A model generated the notes under the pieces. That model was given only the letters and a program-made list of their open reading frames with translations. It was not told the DNA's origin and searched no databases. A DNA stretch of 35,712 bases from Catajapyx aquilonaris (lineage: Eukaryota): the NCBI GenBank assembly GCA_000934665.2, contig KZ539036.1, positions 1 through 35,712 of the forward strand. Reading direction: 5' to 3'. A program made the translations under genes and the position numbers. How positions within the stretch are numbered: the first letter of the stretch is position 1; each line of letters opens with the position of its first letter. Positions 13,301 to 21,500 of this stretch are shown here, piece after piece.

Positions 13301-16300
13301 TGACTACCTGTGCGTTGCTGGATCAGCCAAACCTCTCTGCTCAAATATGCAACTGCACTGGCGTGAATCACTCACAATTATAGTCCAATTAACATACGAT
13401 AATGGTTATTATTTATTTACAATCAGGATAATATTACATTAATGTGCAATGCCTAAAATAATGCTGTAATTTCAAATTATGCAAGTTATAAATCAGTGCA
13501 TTGTATGTAAAGTTGAATATAACATACTTGAAAGGCACGTATAGGCTAAATAAGATGTGACAGCCGTGACATTAGTATAATGGGGGGAAAAATCAAATAT
13601 ACCTCATTCTGGGTAGATACGGTATATCTGCAGTAGACTATGTACAAATGTACCAGTGTTGTAATTGACATTTATTGCATAAGTGCACCAATAATTATTA
13701 AGCTCAAACTCCAGAGTGCAACTGATGTACCGGTACAATTTCTACAGTATTGATTTTGTAACCAATAATACAGTATATTACACATTTGATTTTTAACCTG
13801 CGGGAGTCAAGTATGGAATATTCAGTAGCTGATTAACCAGTACTGTAATTACGGGGGTTTTCATCTCTGTACAGTGTTTATTTTTGACCTATACAATACC
13901 TACGTGTAAATCCATTGATACAATCATCTCAGTCAGTATTATACTGACAAGGGAAGGTCACGGGGTGATAATGTCGGATCTTGATGAAATTGGACATGCT
14001 AATACAGGACAATATATGATGCCCAAAAATGAAATATTTCGTGCTGACGTCCATATTTGCAAAAGTTATGACGTCTTAAAGTTCCAAAAATAATACATTT
14101 TCAATTTTTCATACTCCATGGGATTACATTAGCGACCACATATAATGACATTGAAGTGTGTAATCAGTTTCTAGACTCGTCGGAAAAAAGTACTACAGAA
14201 CTGCTCTGGCCGTCCGTCCGTCCGTCTGTGGACAGGTATAAAGGCCTAAACCGTAAGAGATAGCGACAAACGGTTTTCATATTCGGATTGAGAGTGACCA
14301 AAATAGGTTTCATGGTCAACTTCTGGTGACCCGCCACTTCCGGTCTAGAAACTGATTACACACTTCAATGTCATTACATGTGGTCGCTAATGTAATCCCA
14401 TGGAGTATGAAAATGTATTATTTTTGGAACTTTAAGACGTCATAACTTTTGCAAATATGGACGTCAGCACGAAATATTTCATTTTTGGGCATCATATATT
14501 GTCCTGTATTAGCATGTCCAATTTCATTAAGATCCGTCATTATCACCCCGTGACCTTCCCTTGTGAGATGTATCAATGGATGGGCCTACACGTATTGTTG
14601 TTTGCATCAAATTAATATTTCACACGCAGGAGCTATTGTTGATTTAACCATCATCGTTTAATTCCACTTAGCAGGAGCCTCTTCAATTCTATAGGTGCTA
14701 TAGCTACTAACTTTATTACCACTGTAATTAACATACGAATAAGAGGAATAACCAAATGATGATAAAGGTGTTCATATAGCGTGAATTTGTAATTATTCGT
14801 ATATTTGATTGGCATTTTCTGTTTTGGACAACCTGTAGCCCAGTCTACATAGACGACACTGTGGAATTGAAGCATGTGATAAAGCGTCTTCTGTGGGGCA
14901 AGCTGGTGAATCTGGGGCAAGCCTGCGTGGCTCCAGATTACGTCCTCTGCAGCAAAGAGATTGAGGAGAAGCTGGTGGCAGCTGCTCCTGGTGCCCTCAA
15001 TTCGTGGCATGGCACCTGCTGGAAGGACTCGCCTTACCTCAGCCGAATGGGCAATGACCAACAGTTCAAGTGAGCATCTTCATGGCATTTCCCTCATGCA
15101 ATGACAGGCTGTTTTCATTATGTATTTGACCTCTTCTTCTTCAGGCGTCTGAGGAAAGCGTTAGAAGCGACCAATGGAAAGATAATCTGCGGTGGCGATA
15201 CTGACGAAACTCAGCGTTGGATTTCTCCAACAATAGTGGTGGATGTGTCTCCAGACGACTCCTTGATGCAGGAGGAAATATTCGGTCCCGTTCTTCCTTT
15301 TCTTACAGTAAATTCGGTGCAAGAAGCAATCGATTTCATCAACGAGAGGTAAGAGTGTAGTAAAACTATGCTGTGCAAAATACATTCCATTTTACTGTAA
15401 TTATTAACATTATAATACTGTCATTGTCATCCAGTAAAAATACTCCACTAACAGTAGGCTAAGTGTTACACAGCATAAGGAAGTGTACAGTTGTAGCTCA
15501 CACTGTGTGTAGCAAGTTATACTGATAAGAATTGAAGCAAAATATTAGCACATTACACAACATAATGCATACAGTACCAGGTTCTTCTGTATACACAATT
15601 TTTGACGATTCCGACAATACAGTACGGTATATATAGTGTGAGTAGTACAGTACAAGGTCGTACTGTACAGCAGGTGTTTGAATAGGGCATGTATACCCGT
15701 GTATGCCAAGGTAGATCACAGAGTTGTTATTTGGTTTGGTTCGTATAAGGGACAAAGCAACATAAAATAAACATAATTATCGAAGAATTCAGGCACAATA
15801 ATTATGATTCTGCTAAATAGGTATTTCGTAGTTACCTAACACTGTATATTGTTGTAAAAGAATTCAAAAAAGGTGAAAGTATAGTTTGGCAGACACTCAG
15901 CGCCACACCAAGGGAATCGAGATGTGACAGCATCCCTTGGTAACGGCTAATTTTTGACATTTTAATGACATTTTAATCATATTTATAAAATAATCGTTTT
16001 GAACTCGTGGGAATTTAAGCAGACTCCACTTATAATGAATAACTATACATCGCCTGGTCCTGATATTAATTGTGTAACTCTTTCTGATCTAATACATTAC
16101 TGTCAAAATACTATAACACCTCATTTGCATTTGTTTCAGGGAGAAGCCACTCAGCTTGTATGTGTTTTCAGAACGCAAGGAAGTGCAGGAACGATTCTTA
16201 AATGAAACTAGCAGTGGTGGAGTGACCGTAAACGACACACTGCTTCACATGGCATGTAAGTCACACACATTATTATCAAGTGTCCCCACTGACATACTGT

Positions 16301-16900
16301 TACAGGGCACCAGCCTAAATTTACTTTGCAACAATTATGTTATTTTGATTTATTGCACGTATCCCCAAAGTTTTAATGTTACCTTTTTCTTTAGGCGACC
16401 TGCTTCCATTTGGGGGCGTTGGTTATTCGGGAATGGGCGCATACCACGGCAGGTTCACATTTGAAACATTTTCTCACCAGAAGGCGGTTATGATTCGTAC
16501 TCTGGATTGGTGGAGTCGTTATGTTGGCAGGTAAGTGCCAATATAAATGAAGTAGTACAATCAATCAATCAATTAAGCAAAGCTCGCGCATACTTGCTGG
16601 TTTTTAATTAGCTTATGAACATGCAACATCCAACGTGTTGATTATCATAAATGATATTAAGGCCCAACTGAGAACGATAATTTGACTGGTTCCAAATTAA
16701 TAGTGTCTTTGTCTTCTTATTTCAGTTTGCGGTATGCATCCCTTGCAGAACCAGTAACAGAGGGCAGGCTGAAATTCTTCCGCTTCCTCTACCTGAACTA
16801 CAGGAGTTTGTTTTTGACACGAGCTCGGGACTACAAGATAATACTAATTACTGCCATTGTCGTCTATTTATTTCTTAAGATCTGTCCATCATTTTTTTAG
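7293..16900 (+). CDS. ALDH3A2: Class-3 aldehyde dehydrogenase, fatty-aldehyde dehydrogenase (ALDH3A2/Aldh-III)-like; spliced gene of about 501 aa
   Basis: join(7293..7310,11740..11919,12010..12291,12949..13112,14839..15069,15145..15348,16140..16255,16395..16530,16726..16900) = 1506 nt; all introns GT-AG with matching phases. Motifs: GTWNYP (Asn), FYTGSTRVG (NAD binding), ELGGKNP (Glu), GQACVAPDY (catalytic Cys), [16 protein letters not shown], hydrophobic C-terminal tail. The family call is firm. Exact orthology and the tiny first coding exon are inferred. Confidence 0.9.
10419..10488. other. Assembly gap (39 N, 10434-10472) flanked by poly-C and poly-G
   Basis: C15, N39, A, G15 are directly visible. 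Confidence 0.97.
11740..11919 (+). CDS. ALDH3A2: ALDH3 coding exon 2
   Basis: ttcag|GCA GTG GAG... [27 protein letters not shown]...EIFM|gtaagt; matches the ALDH3 N-terminal helices. Confidence 0.88.
12010..12291 (+). CDS. ALDH3A2: ALDH3 coding exon 3
   Basis: tatag|GTG...; encodes [17 protein letters not shown] and [14 protein letters not shown]; ends YLDP|gtgagt. Confidence 0.95.
12949..13112 (+). CDS. ALDH3A2: ALDH3 coding exon 4
   Basis: ttacag|GAA TGT...; encodes [14 protein letters not shown] and [11 protein letters not shown]; ends AA|gttagt (phase 2). Confidence 0.95.
13947..14564. mobile_element. Foldback / long inverted-repeat element in ALDH intron 4, with a DINE-1/Helentron-like (GTCC)n core
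   Basis: Arms 13947-14176 and 14343-14564 are near-perfect reverse complements (one 8-bp indel, a few substitutions). The 166-bp spacer contains ccgtccgtccgtccgtctgt. A degenerate inverted match continues out to about 13893 and 14598. Confidence 0.85.
14839..15069 (+). CDS. ALDH3A2: ALDH3 coding exon 5 (catalytic Cys)
   Basis: ctgtag|C completes AAC (Asn); encodes PVYID and [19 protein letters not shown]; ends AA|gtgagc. Confidence 0.95.
15145..15348 (+). CDS. ALDH3A2: ALDH3 coding exon 6
   Basis: cttcag|G CGT CTG...; encodes [12 protein letters not shown] and EAIDFINE; ends AG|gtaaga. Confidence 0.95.
16140..16255 (+). CDS. ALDH3A2: ALDH3 coding exon 7
   Basis: tttcag|G GAG AAG CCA...; encodes [11 protein letters not shown] and [14 protein letters not shown]; ends T|gtaagt (phase 1). 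Confidence 0.95.
16395..16530 (+). CDS. ALDH3A2: ALDH3 coding exon 8
   Basis: ctttag|GC GAC...; encodes [29 protein letters not shown]; ends AG|gtaagt. Confidence 0.95.
16726..16900 (+). CDS. ALDH3A2: ALDH3 terminal coding exon with putative transmembrane tail
   Basis: tttcag|T TTG CGG TAT...; LRY...[24 protein letters not shown] at 16898-16900. Confidence 0.85.
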
Positions 16901-17806
16901 AAGTTAAGCATTGACCGAACTAATCTGTGACGTTTTTCAAAGGCATATAAAATAGTATAAAATCACACATATTTTTACTAAAGGTTTCGACTGATTATTT
17001 ATAAAATGTCATTAAATTAGAGACATGCGACATATCCTAATGAGCAATTCTTTGCAAACATCGCTTGAAACATCGTCGTTTGTGAATGTATTATATATTA
17101 TAATAGTTAGTTGGTGTTTTATGTCGGTAATGTTATTCTTTAAGACACATATACCGATACTTTTTCCCCCTACATATCATCAAAGCAATTATCTATTTTC
17201 ATGTATGATTTGGGTGTATTAAAGAAGGGAGACCTGAAAGCTGAACAAGTTCTCTGAAACCCTGCTCCGTGTTCCTGCTCCGGTATTTATCAAAGGATAT
17301 AGGAAATTGATTTTTCAGCATTCTGCCCTATACAAGCAACACTTTTCCTTATTAAGAGCACAATACAGTCACAATACTGTTACAGGTATGAAGTGCCCCG
17401 CCATGTAGGCCTACAACTTGAGCACAAAGCTGTGGATGGTATAGACCAGGGCTCTTCCTCTGGCCTATATACTTATGCTCACAGCTCACGACTGTACTTT
17501 CTTTGTAATAGAATAGTAGATCATACATCATTGAACTGTATGTTATTCTGGGGACCAAAAGGCATACCGGATTCCAGTCTTTCCTCTCTTGTCTCTTATT
17601 TTTCTCTCTTCGTTTCTGTCTCCATATGCCCTACCTTTGTGTCTTCTAATAACCAGATAACCATATAGTTCAGTCGTTCCCAGCCTTTTCGGGCCTTCAC
17701 ACCCCTTTGAGAGCAGTTGGTCCTTCTCATACTCTCTACCAGGACGACAACCGAATCATTGACATTATTTTTAAACTATAATCCGTGATTATCGTGATAA
17801 CTACCT

Positions 17807-17931
17807 TTATCCTCCTGAGACCCCTGGTACAGTATACTGTACCTTTGTTTTTTCCAGTACCATCTGACGAACTCAAACGCGTAAAAAAACAAAGGTGATT
17901 GAAAGGTATACAAGGGGTCTCAGGAGGATAA
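17807..17931. mobile_element. 125-bp MITE between the two genes
   Basis: Perfect 19-bp inverted repeat ttatcctcctgagacccct / aggggtctcaggaggataa, plus an inner inverted pair acctttgtttttt / aaaaaacaaaggt. Confidence 0.7.
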
Positions 17932-18149
17932 TCAATATTTTGTGACCATGATGGGTATGATGAAGTGACAGAAAATTAAGTAATTTTTTTCGATTATAAT
18001 CCAGATTTTCCTTTGTGCAAGCCACTTATGGACTGTGCTATGTCCAAAATTGCTCGATTTGGACTCAGGGGTACTTAGCTCCGTACCTACCAACTCCCCA
18101 AGAGAACCAGCACATAGCTCGCACTTTGCAGAATTCAAAATGAATTGTA

Positions 18150-18366
18150 ATTGAAAAATGGCGGGAGAGAGGGCGCCACGTGATAGGCTCATGTTCGTGT
18201 GACGTCAATCTGCGGAGGGGGGGTTGGGAAGGTGTGTGGGGGGGGGAGTGACGTCAGCAGCTTTTCCCCCCTCCCCCCCTCCGCACTCCCCCATCCCCCT
18301 TCCCTGCTGCCTCCCTCCCTCCCTCCCTCCCACCCTACCTCATTCCCGCCCCCCGTAAGATGGCGG
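18150..18366 (+). promoter_or_regulatory. Putative MFSD14 promoter, GC/CpG-rich
   Basis: AAAATGGCGG 18155-18164 and AAGATGGCGG 18357-18366 (YY1/Pho-type), GCCACGTG 18175-18182, TGACGTCA at 18200-18207 and 18249-18256, GC box CCCGCCCC 18345-18352, adjacent G-run and C-run tracts. Confidence 0.65.
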
Positions 18367-18434
18367 GTGGTAGGTGCTTGTGCGGATGTGGTTGTGCGGA
18401 GATGGTTCCCGTGGCGTCGGATGGGGATTTATAG
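18360..18434 (+). CDS. Upstream ORF in the MFSD14 5' leader, 24 aa: MAGGRCLCGCGCAEMVPVASDGDL
   Basis: AAGATGG context (A at -3, G at +4), second in-frame ATG at 18402, TAG at 18432-18434, 7 nt before the main ATG, different frame from the main CDS. Translation is not demonstrated. Confidence 0.55.
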   Translation: MAGGRCLCGCGCAEMVPVASDGDL

Positions 18435-18441
18435 CGCCAGA

Positions 18442-18522
18442 ATGCCAGCTAAGGTGTCCAAGAAGGTCGTGGGCATGCTCATGAGGAGCAGGAAGAGCAT
18501 GATTAAGGACGGGGTTGTCACG
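18442..18522 (+). CDS. MFSD14A: MFSD14 coding exon 1
   Basis: MPAKVSKKVVGMLMRSRKSMIKDGVVT|gtaagg; basic N-terminus with IKDG as in HIAT1 proteins; phase 0. Confidence 0.85.
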
Positions 18523-21500
18523 GTAAGGTCCCTCTCCTCTTTTTACAATAATGGTAGGGGCAACTCTGGCTGCCTGCCCTCTTCTCTCTCTCTCCTTTTT
18601 CCTCCCCCCGCCATCAACCCTTCCGGACCGCCCCCTGCACCGTTTTATTCCGTGGGTTAGAACCACCCTGCGTACGTGTGCACACATTGCGACACCTTTG
18701 CTTGCACCACCCAAATTGGGGTTGTCACAGCACATGCTGTATTGGCATGTCCACATGCAAGTCATGCAACCCTCTGCGGAGTTTGGCTCTGTCCATGCCA
18801 ACTGAAGCGGTGGGCTGGTATAAAAGGGACTATCAACACTTATGCGACGCATCGCCAAATGCGCCATGTTGCATCAGTTCCATAATATAGAGAAGTCTGC
18901 CGCTTACCATGCTAATGACCAAAGTTGAGGCTGTTGGCTAAGACAATTTGCACTGGTGTCGTCACAATGTGAGAGAAAGTGTCTTGATTACGTAATGCGC
19001 AATCTGACATTTTCATTTAATTTAATTCATTTAAGCATGTACAAACTATGAGAAATGTCAATAATTGGCCCCAAGTAGGCTACAGACAAAGGAAAGATTC
19101 CAGGTAGGATTTCATGGAATACAATTCTGCCATACTGGGAAGGAAAGCTGCAAGCAACTGCAGTGTGATGCATGATGAAGTGTTGCTCAGTCTGCTCTAT
19201 TTAGGCTGCAGCTCAGCCAAACAACAGACATTCTGCCATATCGCACTGTACAGTTACTACTATTCTTTCATTGGGCAGTTGCAGTTGGATCCAAAGCATT
19301 GAACAACGTGAACTGGAAACTCTGGCTCTTTATGCCCGTTATTAGGTTACTTCAAATGTCACCTACTTAAAAAGCTCTGAATGTTATGCGTAACAGCCAA
19401 AAATGTAGGAAATGAGCTTGTCAAGCTGTCCTTTGTGCTTCTTTTCTGGGAATCCCCCAAGGGCAATTGGTATAGATTCAAGGACCCATCATTGCAACAC
19501 CATATTTCTGCAGGGATTCCTCATGATAGGGTCAGAAAACAAGTAGTAGTTAGACTATGGAAGTAATATTTTTAGAACTTAGATAACACTTATTCAGTGT
19601 AAAAGATAAAACATTACCTACTTCACAGCAAATTAATTTGACCCTATGCATACAAGTGGAAGTTTCCAATGAATTGTTAAGTTAAAACAGATGTGAGGGA
19701 CTTTTTGTCATTTGTGAAGCCACATTTGTTTTGTTTTATATCAATTATGAAATGCCCCTTTAAGCAGTTGACAATAGTAAAATTCAAGGTTTTCAGAAAA
19801 AAAATCAGTTTACTCTAACCTTGGGCAGAAAAGTGGAAGAATGTTTTCTAAAAAAAACAACTAATTTCTCTGTGGCATTACAACATTATCTACTATCACT
19901 TCCCGTCATTCATGGGCAGCGTGTTGGACGCATCCAGAAAGCATAAGAAACATTTCGGTACTAGAAATGCTAGTAACGGGCTGCATAAAGTGTGCTCATA
20001 GCATGCAGACCAAACACTGCTTATGATAAGCCCTAGTTGGTGCCCAGCATTATAAAAGATTTCTGAACAAACGAGTGCAGAAATAATACATTCAGTGCAC
20101 AGAAAATTGCAACAACTGATACTGTATCATAAACCAAGTATGATCAATAATGCAGGTGTATTGGTCTGTGAATCTGTTGTTGACTCGCCAGGTCTGGTGT
20201 ACACAGAGGGATGGCCCACGTCTTGTAGTCATTGTGGAATGGTTTGGCCTCAGTAGTTTGACCTACATCGCCAAATTCAGAACATCCCCAGTTCTATCTT
20301 TACCACTACATGTGCATCAAAAATAAGAGCCCAGGGAGGCTCTGTGATCATTTTTTGTAAGCTTCATGAACTGAATAAGCATAATGTCATGTTCGTGCAC
20401 CATATTATAGTAGAGATTATTGTTAAGTTAGCTTGTCAGATCCTCCCAATTTTGTGTAGGCAGTGGTATAGGAGAGGTTTTAAAAGGTGTACTTGCACTA
20501 TCTTATATTTCATGGAGTCGAATAAATTGTATGTAAAACTGAAGTCTTTTCTGAAGGGATCATTACAACATTGTCAACCTGGAAGGGAGAGCTGCTAATA
20601 ATACATAAAACTAGTAATACATAAAATATGCGATGACGATGAGAATTTCTATTCAGAAATAGATAAAGCTACTATTGCCAATGTAAATATGTTAGAGCAA
20701 TTGGGCAGGAGTGACTTTTTAAGCCTTCACGATTGTCAGTGCTCAGTCAATCAGTGTATATGGTGCAATTGCACTTTTCAGTGAAAATTGTGGAAGAAAA
20801 AAGTTCTGCTAAATTTTAATACTTGGACAGCAAATTTTTCTACAGGTGGCTGAGCTGTTATGCCTCATGTTCCACTTAAGTGAGGCAACACTTGTCACCA
20901 CTTTTGTTGAAAGTGATATTTATGGCAACATCAAGATAGTTTTGCCATAACCTAAGCTCAGATTGTTAGCAGCTGTTTGTAGCACTGCAATTCAAATGTC
21001 CACAGCCTTGAACAATACAGTGTAAATCAAGGCAGCACCTTGCGTTCCACTACATATTTTTCACATGAGCACGTGTTTCCAATTATTCCTGCTTGACACA
21101 TTGCTCATTGTTCCTGTTTGAGAATTTACTGTATGATGGTGCATATATTTTGTGAATTCTGTTATAAAGTTGTGACAGTTATGAAATAATTTTCATGCCT
21201 TCCTGAATGTCAAAGCATGGGATCATGTGATGAGACAACAAGATATGCAAAAGTTTTGAGGAAGTTACATTGAATGACACCCTTCTCCTGTGTTAGATTT
21301 GAATAAATCAAGCCATTCAACTTTGTCAACACAATTTTCTTTACTTCTTAATTTCCGTGGCCTGCCTAGTAATTCTTATATTCAAACTTCCTATTACGTA
21401 AGCAGGATAATCTGAAAATATTATATGGATAGCACACTGATAACTTTCATTTTATCAGCTAATTCATACCAATCAGTTGGAAGCCAAATAAATCAGCTAC

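Noticed and set aside
17671..17690. cagtcgttcccagccttttc, resembling a hAT/Charlie terminal repeat
   Set aside because: No convincing partner TIR or 8-bp TSD found.
18199..18867. Long ORFs 18199-18660 (+) and 18340-18867 (-)
   Set aside because: They stay open because of GC-rich promoter/exon-1 composition. Only 18442-18522 (or 18421-18522) resembles HIAT1, and a consensus donor follows at 18523.
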